Assembly (NCBI GenBank): GCA_054660715.1
Contig: BAAGDD010007416.1
Span: 129,001-161,000, forward strand
DNA from: Chrysotila carterae
Lineage: Eukaryota
Direction of reading: 5' to 3'
DNA length: 32,000 nt
The translations under genes were made by a program, and so were the position numbers. Below, in pieces: positions 19,287 to 28,747 of the stretch; within the stretch, counting starts at the first letter, position 1; every line of letters begins with the position of its first letter. Under the pieces are notes generated by a model, which was not told where the DNA came from, did no database searches, and saw only the letters and a list, made by a program, of their open reading frames with translations.

Positions 19287-22200
19287 TGTCTTTGTCTCTG
19301 AAACGCACGCTCAAAGGGATGTCGTTTTAAATCCTTCCAACGCTGTCGCTGATGCTTCCAGGAAAAGTGGACTTTCCATGCTTTTCGGCGTAAGCGTCTT
19401 GTTGCCTTTCAGAGCTAGCAATGAAACATCAGCTTGGGAGCTGGTGTCGAGCGGCGCTGACGCCGTGACGGAAGTGCCGATTGAGCGCTGGCTGCTTGAC
19501 GATGGGAGCGAGGCGGCTTTGGATGCGCTCGTTGCGAAGCGAGTCCGGTACGGCGGGTTTGTGTGTGGGGCTGAGCTGTTCGACGGCGAGCATTTCGGCG
19601 TCTCGCCGGCGGAGGCGAGCGCGATGGACCCTCAGCAACGGCTGCTGCTCGAGCAGGGTTACAACGCGCTGTACGGCGCTTCATTCGACCGTGCGTCGCT
19701 GCTGGCTAGTCTGGTGGGCGTGTTTGTGGGCATTGGCGCGAGCGACCACGCGCAGCTTCTGCAAAGCGCAGGCGGGGCGAGCTCTGTGTACGCTGCGACG
19801 GGCAGCGCGCACTCGATTGCGTCTGGTCGTCTGTCGTACGTGCTCGGGCTGCACGGTCCGTGCGTCTCGTATGATACTGCCTGCTCTTCTGCTCTCGTTG
19901 CTGTTCATGGAGGCTTGCGAGCTGCTGAGCATGGTGATTGTGATCTTTCTGTGTGTTCCGGTGTAAACATCATCCTGACGCCAGCGGTGTCTTTTGTCTT
20001 TGCTGTGGCTGGCATGACATCCGCTACTGGTCGGTGCTTTGCTTTCGACAAACGCGCAGATGGGTATGTTCGTGCGGAGGCTTGCACTGCAGCCGTCATT
20101 GCGTGCGAAAGATTTGCAGCAAATGTTCCAGCAACGCCGTCAACAGGCATCCTTAGTAGCGCGGTAATGCATGACGGCCGAAGTGCCAGCTTGACTTCTC
20201 CAAACGGAAGAGCCCAGCAGTCGCTTTTAAGCAGAGCTTTCTCGCAAGCCGCTGTCACGCCATCTTCAATTGCTGCAATTGAGGCCGCAGCTGTAGGCTC
20301 TCCGCTTGCTGATCCCATCGAAACGCGAGCTATTCATCAAGCTATTAGCAGTGAATCGAATGCGCAGATCTTCTGTTCATTGAACAGCATGAAGGGCAAC
20401 GTTGGGCATTCTGAGCCAGCTTCCGGCGGCGGCGCCTTTTGGCTCTTGTCTCAAACCTTACGAGCTGCTCGGATGCCTGGCAACGCACAACTACAAGTGT
20501 TGAATCCACACGTGCAAGTTGAGGTCGCTCGCGTACCATGCCTCCACTTTTTTCAGCCGAGTGGCGCATACCTTGCAAGCACTGGCGAGGTATCAAACAG
20601 TGGCGTCGACTTTCGGACGAACTTGGCTGGTTCTCACAGATTGGGAGGTGTAAGCTCATTTGGTTACAGCGGCACCATCGTACACTTGGTGGTAGATGCA
20701 GTGCAGTTTGAATCGCGCCTTCAAATTTCCCGAGATTCGAGGAGGCTGCTATTTAAGCGGAGACGACTTGCACTTGCATCCTTGGGAAGCCGTGGCCTTG
20801 CGCCGTCGGAAGTTTCTGTCGGTTCTCAAAATGGTGCTGACGCTGATTCCTTGCTGCAGATAGATCTGCCACTTTCGTCCGAGGACAGTAAAGAGCAGTT
20901 TGCTCGACTGCATCCTCAAGAGAGGCTTCGCCGCTTGCGCATGCACTTGAACAGCATACTGCTGGATGTGGGCTTTGCTGGAGGTCTAGATGCTCCGCTG
21001 CAAACAAGTGGCCTTGATTCGATGGCGATCATGGAGATTTGGAGGAAGTTGGTTGCATTGCTGCCCTCCGCTGTTGAGCAGAACAGATTCCTTGCTGCTC
21101 TTTCAGACAGCAACGTGACAGCCAGAGTTCTTGCAGACATTTTAGATGCGGGTTTGGATGCATCAGTTCAGCACCTGGCAGCGCCTGGTGAGGAACCGAG
21201 CGGTCGCGTAGCTCCGGCTGCTTTCTGTGAAGCAAGCCCAGCATCAAGGCAGATTGACCAGGAACGACTTACAAGGTTGAGATTGCTCTCAGCCGAGTTT
21301 GATCCGCTCAGCCTCCGGTTGTCAGGAGCGGTGCGAGGGCCGCCGCCTTCTAGCACGGATTCTCCACTCCTATTCTATGTGCCAGGCATCCCGGGGGTCT
21401 GTCACCTTGAGTTCCCACAGCTTTGTCTACATCTTTCTCACTACCACGTGATCGGCCTGCCGTACGCTCGAGTTGCGGCTCAGGGAGGAGCGCAGGATGT
21501 CCGTGATCTAGCTGTCTTCCTCGTCGAAGAGATGTGTCGCATACAGCCCACCGGGCCATACTTCCTTGCAGGCTTCTCGCTGGGCGGAGTTGTGATCATG
21601 GAGATGGCGATTCGTCTTGAGTACATGGGCAAAGGAATTGGATCTCTTGTGCTACTTGATCCGCCAGCAAAGCGCCCGGCAACTCAGAGCGAGCGTTTCT
21701 TCGCAGCTGTTGCGCTTCGCACCCTGCCATACGAGCGAGCCGTTGCCCGCTACGTCTCGCACTTTTCGTCAACTGCGAATGCCGGCCGCATTGCTCGCGC
21801 TTGGCAAGCGCTGCAGTCTCTAGCGTTAAATGTGAAGACATACCGTGCTCCTGCTGCACCTATCCTTCTCGTACGAGCGTCTGCAGGCGGACCTGAGGCC
21901 CTGTTTGAGACGGTCCTCTTGGCCCTGCCATCCGTTGTGCGGCATGCGCTGCGCGGCTGGATGCTCAGCTTCCAGGATTATGAGCTAGTGCACGTATCGC
22001 CCAACGTGCAAGAGATTGAAGTCAGCGGCACGCATTTCTCGTTTCTGGTCAGGCCGGAGCTTGCCGGAGCGGCGCTGCGCCCTGTGGCCACTTTCTTGAC
22101 GTCTCCTCTTGAATTGCTCTCCGGGTCAGATGTGCTTAGTTGGACTTGCGGGCAGCTCCAGGCTGAGCTGCGGCGGCGGGATCCGACCTTTGAGGTCAGC

Positions 22201-23272
22201 GCAGACGACTCTATTCTTGCTCTCGGTCTCTCTTCATTTGAAGGAGGCTCGCTCATCGCAAAGCTTTCCGAGCGGCTTGGTGCGGAACTGCCGCAGCGAT
22301 TGCTGTTTGACGGAGGATCTGTTCGAGACCTCACACAGAAAGCGATCGGCATCGCAGAGGCTGAGCGTTCAGGCTCGAGTTGGACTGCGACCGACTCTCG
22401 GACTGCGACCGACTCGCCACCACAGCCTCAGAGCTCTTTCTTGCAACTCGTGCGTTTCTCCTCAGGTTCCACAGAGACTGCGGAGCTCGATCACGAGGTT
22501 TGTCCTGATCACGACCGTGCCTCTCTTGAGCACGGCACTGTACTTGTGCTGGCTGATGAAACGGGGGAGCTGGCAGCTGCGCTTTGTACGGCGATGGGCG
22601 AGAGGGATCACCAGTCTTTCCCCTCGCCAGCGCCACCAGTCACGACTTCGCAGAGTACTAGCGAAGGGTTCGCGAGCATGTCGCAGCCGCCTTCTTCTGC
22701 ACCAGTGGCTCGGCGGGTGGAGGACACCGTCATTCACCGACTACAGCGATGGGGAGAAGAGCGAGGGACAGAGGTTGCGTTGCGATGGCTCGAAGGCGAT
22801 GGCGTGGAAGCTGCGGTCTGGACATTTCGGACACTTCAGAGGCAAGCCATGGGCATTGCTTGGTTCCTGGTGAACGTGTGGCGCGTTCTGCCTCAAGAAC
22901 GCGTCCTGCTTGTGTACTATCCAGGGCTATCTTTTGTGGCTGCCTTCTTGGGCTGCTTACACGCGGGAGTGGTTGCTGTCCCTGTTTACCCACCAAATCC
23001 AGCTAACCCTGGTCCCGGCTTCAGAAAACTGGCAAGCCACGCAGCGGCGGCAGATCCGAAGCTGGTGCTTACCGAGAGCACATTTTCTCGTGCTCGTCCC
23101 TGGCTGGCAATGCGAGCAGCGCTCACTGCCGGAGCGCGCATGCCTTCGCTAACTTGGTATGACACAGACACGCTCGACTTGGATCTGATGAGATGGCAAT
23201 CGCCGTTGTGCGGTAACGACGATTCGTTGGCCTTCATACAGTTCACCAGCGGTTCGACGGGTGATCCGAAAG
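16633..23272 (+). CDS. Terminal large PKS exon: KR structural subdomain-ER-KR-ACP-KS(mosaic, HGTGT lost)-ACP-TE-ACP-FAAL N-terminal part
   Basis: ORF 16633..23322. The first ~2.65 kb is near-identical to modules 1-3. It then carries a divergent KS C-half, LQTSGLDSMAIME (ACP), GFSLGG...GTHFSFL (TE), LALGLSSFEGGSLI (ACP) and AFIQFTSGSTGDPKG (adenylate-forming). It ends at the splice donor AAAG|GTGAGT (23273), which breaks the TSGSTGxPKG-V motif and resumes at 23424. Confidence 0.9.
19287..20740 (+). other. Linker plus terminal ketosynthase, mosaic and lacking the HGTGT His (KS0-like)
   Basis: SYDTACSSALVAVH keeps the Cys. The HGTGT region reads IEAAAVGSPLADPIE, with a GCA Ala codon at 20287-20289 where His is expected. 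MKGNVGHSEPASGG keeps the second His. Confidence 0.85.
19429..19865 (+). repeat. Isolated ~435-nt patch of near-identity to the array inside the otherwise divergent terminal KS
   Basis: Matches ~14260-14696 (TCAGC[A/T]TGGGAGCTG ... CACGGTCCGTGCGT), flanked both sides by diverged but homologous or replaced sequence. Confidence 0.9.
20905..21160 (+). other. ACP domain (divergent) after the terminal KS
   Basis: MHLNSILLDVG...LQTSGLDSMAIMEIWRKLV; DSM serine motif at ~21010-21024. Confidence 0.8.
21340..22110 (+). other. Thioesterase (TE) domain, internal to the polypeptide
   Basis: PLLFYVPGIPG, YFLAGFSLGGVVIMEMA (GxSxG at 21571-21588), LVLLDPP, VSGTHFSFL (catalytic His at ~22032-22034). Confidence 0.88.
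22140..22365 (+). other. Second ACP/PCP-like carrier domain downstream of TE
   Basis: FEVSADDSILALGLSSFEGGSLIAKLSERLGAELPQRLLFDGGSVRDLTQKAI. Confidence 0.75.
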
Positions 23273-23423
23273 GTGAGTTGCTACTCCTTCTGTCTTACGT
23301 GGCGGGTTCGAACATCGGTTAGGCGTCTTCGCTTTTGCATGAAACGCTGTAGCCCACATGGTAAGACTAACTGGATAATTGGTGAATGCTTTGTTTGATG
23401 GCTGCTGTGCTGTCCATGCGCAG
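23273..23423 (+). other. Spliceosomal intron (151 nt)
   Basis: GTGAGT ... CATGCGCAG. Removal restores the split TSGSTGDPKG|VMVTH motif. Confidence 0.85.
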
Positions 23424-23534
23424 GAGTGATGGTCACGCACGAGCGCTTGACCACAAACATTGAGCAGATGCTAGGCTCAATCTCCCACGACTCCTTCATC
23501 ATCAAGGGCTGCAGCTGGCTGCCACAGTACCATG
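23424..23534 (+). CDS. FAAL-like domain exon (GVMVTHERLTTNIEQMLGSI...SWLPQYH)
   Basis: Splicing 23272 to 23424 restores PK|GVMVTHERLTTN, a canonical continuation of the adenylation core motif. Length and phase are consistent (phase 1 in, phase 1 out). Confidence 0.85.
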
Positions 23535-23682
23535 GTGCGCGATGCTGTGTTTGATTAATTTGCATTGAATTGTCCATTGACCTCGGATCAGCAAGTTGTG
23601 CATCTTTCACTGAAGGTGGCCGCTGGGCAGCATACGTTGAATCGACTCACGCCATATCTTCAAACATGTGTGTTTTTATCAG
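23535..23682 (+). other. Spliceosomal intron (148 nt)
   Basis: GTGCGC ... TTTTTATCAG. Removal restores WLPQYHDMGLVG. Confidence 0.85.
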
Positions 23683-23797
23683 ATATGGGACTCGTCGGCA
23701 ATATGCTGCTGCCAATCTTTGTGGGTGCTGAAATGACGCTGATGTCGCCGCTGAGCTTCGTTCGGGACCCAGCCATGTGGCTAGAAGCTGTTTCCAG
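23683..23797 (+). CDS. FAAL-like domain exon (DMGLVGNMLLPIFVGAEMTLMSPLSFVRDPAMWLEAVSR)
   Basis: Joining CAT G|AT ATG GGA gives WLPQYH-DMGLVG, the FAAL-type motif. Acceptor TTTTTATCAG at 23682, donor GTGCAG at 23798. Confidence 0.85.
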
Positions 23798-23889
23798 GTG
23801 CAGCCCTCTCGCTCGACGCAACTTGTGATGGGTGTAACAACAACAGCGGCTTGAATCTAAGCCTCCTATATTCGCTATTCTTTTCGCAG
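23798..23889 (+). other. Spliceosomal intron (92 nt)
   Basis: GTGCAG ... CTTTTCGCAG. Removal restores the frame into the APNFAFDLC motif. Confidence 0.8.
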
Positions 23890-23947
23890 GTCCCAGGCTA
23901 CCGTGATTTCGGCTCCAAATTTTGCGTTCGACCTGTGCATTTGCAAG
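23890..23947 (+). CDS. FAAL-like domain exon (R/SQATVISAPNFAFDLCICK)
   Basis: Joining TTTCCAG|G TCC CAG gives VSRSQATVISAPNFAFDLC, a FAAL-family-like APNFAxxLC motif. Acceptor CTTTTCGCAG at 23889, donor AAG|GTGCAA at 23948. Confidence 0.8.
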
Positions 23948-24053
23948 GTGCAACCTGGCTCACGATCTATTGCATCTAAGTTGCAGTTGAGTGCATTTGT
24001 CAGCTTTTTGTCTATCAGTAGTAGCCTACCCGTGCTACGAACGCATTCTGCAG
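23948..24053 (+). other. Spliceosomal intron (106 nt)
   Basis: GTGCAA ... CATTCTGCAG. Phase 0 join CICK|VTPERR. Confidence 0.75.
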
Positions 24054-24625
24054 GTCACTCCTGAAAGACGTGCTGGGATCGATCTATCACACGTTCGTGT
24101 GGCCATCGTTGGTGCTGAAGTTGTCCACTGGTCAACGGTTGCAGCGTTCAGCGCACTATACGCGGCCAATGGTTTGCGTGCATCGGCCGTGCGTCCATCC
24201 TGGGGAATGGCAGAGTCCGTCCTCATGATCAGCAGCACTCCGACCACCGATGGAGGACCTCTTTCAATCAGCTTCGCACGCGAATCGCTCTCAGAAGGCA
24301 TGCGCGTGGTAGCTTGCTCCAGCAATGATCAGCGCGCGGTCGTGCTTGTCGGCAACGGTGCGCCGGTTGACCACGCTCAAGTGGTGGCTGTCGATCGGAA
24401 CAGCTTCACGGCGCTGAGCGACGGTGTGGTTGGCGAGCTTTGGGCAGCTAGCCCGTCGCTTGCCACTGGCTACTTCGGCGACGCAGAAGCTACAGCGCTA
24501 AGCTTTGGCCAAAGCTTGGCACACAGCACTCAGCTGTGGTATCGAACTGGAGATCTCGGTTTCATCATGAGCGGCCAAGTGTTTGTTTGCGGGCGGATCA
24601 AGGAGATGATGATTCTCGGCGGCAG
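24054..24625 (+). CDS. FAAL-like domain exon (VTPERRAGIDLSHVRVAIVGAEVV...YRTGDLGFIMSGQVFVCGRIKEMMILGG)
   Basis: Contains VAIVGAE, SWGMAES, ELWAASPSLATGYF, YRTGDLGF and GRIKEMMILGGR, in the order of ANL-family core motifs. Acceptor ATTCTGCAG at 24053, donor GGCAG|GTAATG at 24626. Confidence 0.87.
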
Positions 24626-24965
24626 GTAATGTGCAATGCACGAAAGTGTGCAGATTGAGTGACAAGTCATCATCGGGGGCAATACATGCGTATTCATCCG
24701 ATGCGCGCTTATTTTGTGACATCCATTCACGCTTTGGACAAACTTTCTCCGAAGTATACCAAGGCTTGTGCCTTACATCCTTATCCATGCTATGCCACAT
24801 TTGGTCTTTGAATGATGTCTTCCTTTGGAGACCGTTCGTTCTAATCGTGCCATGCTGAGCCACCTGGATGAACGTGCATATGTCAAGCTGCCTCCGCGCA
24901 AAGTCGCCCACGCGTTTTATGCATTTGGCTGAATTCTTCACGCTGTTGTCCATCTCTGCTCTCAG
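24626..24965 (+). other. Spliceosomal intron (340 nt)
   Basis: GTAATG ... CTGCTCTCAG. The join gives MILGGRNVYPVDIE. Confidence 0.85.
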
Positions 24966-27921
24966 GAATGTGTATCCAGTCGATATTGAGGCAAGCGTAC
25001 AGCGCGCGCATGAACAGCTCCGTCCGGGCGGAGCGGCTGCATTTTCTGTAGATGTGACGATCGGAGAAAAGCTGGTTGTTGTGGCGGAGGTCCGAAACAG
25101 CTCGATTGACGCTGCCTCTTGCAATGCTGCGGTGGCGGCCTTGCGCGCTGCTATCTCCGCGGATCATGGTCTATCCTGCGTCGCGGTGCTTTTGGTTAAT
25201 CCACGCTCCCTTCCAAAAACGACTTCCGGAAAGCTGCAGCGCTTCTTGATCAAAAAACGTTTCGCCAAGTCGAAGCTGTCGCCAATCTTCAGCTGGGATG
25301 CTACTTCGGACGGAAGTTCAAACGGGCGTGTGCACGCCCGTGGCTTGCTGAGCTACGTTCGGTGTTTTGGAGATGCGAACGCAGAGGAGAACTTCGAGGC
25401 TCGAGAGCAGACTGCTCGGGCCGAAAACATGCGTGGTGGCTGGCTAGTGATTCGACTCGGCTCTGCGTTTTCTGTGGAGCACTACAGCGGAAACGGCACC
25501 TCGGCATACACCTTTACTTGTCGCGGGGGCTGCTCTGAGGACTATCGTCGTGTTCTGCATCATCCAGTGTGGAAGAGCTTGCCGCAGCTCGCCCTCGTTC
25601 TCAATTTATGGCCGCTGAGTCCCGCTGATGCCACGGCTTCGAGCGAGCTGCTGCTGGGGGAACTGCACGAAGCGCTCGCCAGTTCCCTCATTTTGCCTGC
25701 TTGCGACGCGAAGTTGATCACGGTCACGCGCGGTGAGCACAGAGCCGCTGTTCAGCAGCTGCGGGCGGAGGCTCCCGTTGTCCGTGACAGCTTCGTCAGT
25801 CTATTGCAGCCACGAATCGCATCGGCTGCCTGGAGATTGGAGCGCTACATGATGCCAACGCAGCTTGACCTGGAATCTCAGATCCCTGGAGGCTCCGTGG
25901 TCGACAGCTTCACCTCGTCGACGACTACAAGCACTCTAGCGAACGCAGTCGCAGCTGAAATGCTTAGCCTTGCGAGGACATCAAAGCCACCTGCTTGGAG
26001 GTTAGCGAAGGTTGACCTCCAAAAATTCACCGGCCGGCTTGATGGCGTCAGACTTGGCTTTTTGCGGCCATCGGACGCAGCTGTGTCGCAGAGCCTTGTG
26101 CATTTCTTGCTCGACGAACGAAGGTACTCGGACGAGGCCTCCAGCGCTGGCTCAGGTACTGGTGGGATGCGTCTGACTGGGCTCGGCGCTTCACATCTGA
26201 GTGCGTATTATGCGATGCAAGGGCCGCTGCTGAGTGGAGCGCTCCAGTCGGCCGTCGATTTGGTTGTTCAGCGACATGAGGCGTTGAGGACGGTGCTGCG
26301 TAGGGATGGAAGCAGCCTGGTTCAAGCTAGTGCTGCGGCTCCTGTCGATCTCGTGAACTGCTCTGGAGATGAGAACGCCTTGCGCGCGTCACTTAGAGCG
26401 CAGCGGCTTCATGCTCGATTTGACTTTTTCGCTGGGCCGCTGATACGAGTTGCTGCCATCCAAACCGCGCCAGAAAAGTGGCTGCTTGCCGTCATCATCC
26501 ATCACGCTGTAGTTGATCTGCATTCTGCTTTCCTGACGGCGGATGAGATTGTTGTCGCGTACCGAGCCATGCTCAATCAGCGCGACCCGGCGCTTCCTCC
26601 TCCAGCCTCGAGACCTGAGTCATTGCCATGGGCCTCGATTGGCACGGCGTCGGATGCGGCTGAGTCAGAGGTCTGCGGCACGCTTCCCACGGTGCTTTTT
26701 GAAGCTGGCTCAGGCCATGAGCGGGTTCGCTCTCGCCGGCAGCTGAGAGAAGAGCTTGTAGACGATCGGCTATCCGTCTGCGTCTCGTGGACGACGCCAG
26801 GCGACGGGTTCAAAGCTCTGCTGGCCTTCTGTAGTCGTGAATATCGCGCCACAGCGTTTGAGGTTGCGACGGCAGCCTTGGTTACTGGCCTTCTGACCGA
26901 TGCGGAGCGACCCTTCGGGATTTGTTGGACGGAGCGAGAGCGGCATGGTGCTGTTTGCAACGGTTCGAGGCTGAACGTACTTGAAATTGATCCAGCGGTG
27001 ATCACTGCAACCAATGATGAGCGCTTTTTCCAAGTGCTTGCCTGCGTCCAGGATCAGGTGAGGCAGCGCAAGCAGCTGCCCATTCCCCAGCAACTTGCTG
27101 CAAGTGACCAGCTGTATTTAGTAGTATCTCAGCAGTTGGGCTCCGACTTGAATTGCGAGTCGGTTGAGGAATCCTCATATCGGTTCTTTTCCGGCACCCA
27201 TGGTGGTGACGCCACGACCGTTCTAGCTACGCGAACAGTCACATACGGTGGTTACCAGCTACCGTATCTGATGCCGAAGTCGCTCGACATGTACATAATG
27301 CTCGAGATAGGTTCTGATCTGCGTGGACACGCGCTGCTGCACGCTGGCGTTCCTCGTAGTGCCCTGGACTTTTGTCTTGGGCGCATGCAGCTCGTCATCG
27401 ATGCGGTGGCTCGAAGCCTCGCGCCAAATCCCGACGGACCGGCTTTCGGAGAGGAGTGCGCTGGTTCTGAGCCGGGACGCCGTCATTTTGCAACTCGCGA
27501 AGCAGAATTCAGTGCAGTTGAGATTGCATTGCAGCGGCGCCACGTTGATCAAACAAAACAGCAGCCATTTCTACAGGACAGTGGCGTGCCTTCTGCGGGT
27601 TTGGCGTGGATGCCCTCCTCGCTGCAACATCAACTGGAACGAGCGCGCACGTCGATGACATCGCTTTCTCGGAACCTACTTGCTTCATCTTCCAGGGGAC
27701 GTAGTGCATACCAACACCTCTCAGTCGAACTGCATCCAGATGAAGAGGAGGAGCATCTGCCTGCAACCCAGTCGGTGGCACGTGCAGCGGAGCGGGGCCT
27801 CGGCGGTGGGTCGGTGCTCGAGCGTATGCGACGCACCGTGCTGCAACAGCACCGTGGTCCTTCTCGGAGGGACACTTATCTTTCGCTGCCTGTCGTTGAC
27901 GACGGGAGCGTGCCGGACTAG
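24966..27921 (+). CDS. Terminal exon: FAAL C-terminal lobe, possible KR structural remnant, condensation (C)-like domain, C-terminal tail; stop codon at 27919-27921
   Basis: AG|G AAT GTG joins GGR-NVYPVDIE (ANL hinge and lid). LPKTTSGKLQR is the A10-like motif. MRLTGLGASHLSAYYAMQGPLLSGALQSAVDLVVQRHEALRTVLRRDG and VIIHHAVVDLHSAF are C-domain motifs. Acceptor CTCTCAG at 24965. Confidence 0.87.
26150..27470 (+). other. Condensation (C)-like domain, C-terminal
   Basis: YYAMQGPLLSGALQSAVDLVVQRHEALRTVL; LLAVIIHHAVVDLHS (HH at 26500-26505); late-domain pattern SLDMYIMLEIGSDLRGHALLHAGVPRSALDFCLGRMQLVIDAV. Confidence 0.8.
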
Positions 27922-28747
27922 CGGTGACTCTGCCTACGGCCATGTTCCCGGAGCTCTAGAGAACATTGTGAATTGATTGTGCGGGGAAAAGGGGGGTGCG
28001 CATAACGTGTATGGGTCTCGCAAGCCTATATCTCGCTAAAGATGTGACGAGTTCACTGCCCTCTTAACTATGCAATCTGAGAAAAGGCCGACATGCAGTA
28101 TGCTCCAAGTACAGAGTCCTTGGATCAAACTGAGCTCAACTTGATCGAGGAGCTTAATGTGAGACGTTTTATGGATGAAAAATTCTGTGATGTACATGTT
28201 GTAGAAGTTTTGCAGACAGGCGAACCAATAACTCCGACTTGTCACTCCGCATGTAGGCCTCAGCTGTGGTCTGTCTGTGTTAAGTGTTGTGCCTTAAGCC
28301 GGCTCCTTTGTGCATGAAGCTTTAAATGAACGGCTTGGAGTTCAGTTTCGGGGATGTCAGATGATTTGATGACCTGCTACCGTCTTTGAAAGCAATGAAT
28401 ACATGTTCATTGCGGCTTCCTGAAAGACGAGCCGCATGTCGCCTTTCAGTCATGTGTTGACGGCTGAGATCAACTGTTTGAAGAAGGAGGCACACCTTAC
28501 TCTGTACCCTGTGAGGCATAAAACATAAATCGCAAGTTCTGGCCGCTTCGGAGTCTCCAACAAGGTGATTGTGCGATGAATGCAGAGGACTTCCAGTCCT
28601 GGTTGAGCTGATTTTCATTTGGATGATTGAAACGTGTTAATCAAAAGAGTACCGCTCCGGCCTGCACGCGAAGTTCTAGCCTTGGCTAGATTTAGTGTCT
28701 CGTAAAGACCACTATTCACCTAAGTCAATTGAGGGTGGGAGCCTTTT

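Larger units (their letters stand above)
22730..25290 (+). other. Adenylate-forming FAAL/AL-like domain spanning six exons
   Basis: VIHRLQRWGEERG, VLLVYYPGLSFVAAFLGCLHAGVVAVPVYPP, FIQFTSGSTGDPKG|VMVTH, SWLPQYHDMGLVG, APNFAFDLC, YRTGDLGF, LPKTTSGKLQR. The PVYPP and LPQYHDMGL motifs are typical of FAAL/AL rather than NRPS A domains. Confidence 0.85.

Noticed and set aside
23991-24053. MHLSAFCLSVVAYPCYERILQ as the N-terminus of a separate protein (ORF 23991-24629)
   Set aside because: The stretch ends at a good splice acceptor (ATTCTGCAG, 24053). The FAAL homology begins immediately after and continues from the previous exon (APNFAFDLCICK).
1-27921. Bacterial trans-AT PKS cluster
   Set aside because: The FAAL motifs are only restored by removing five GT-AG introns, and intermodular stops with intron-like signals recur, so this is eukaryotic nuclear sequence.
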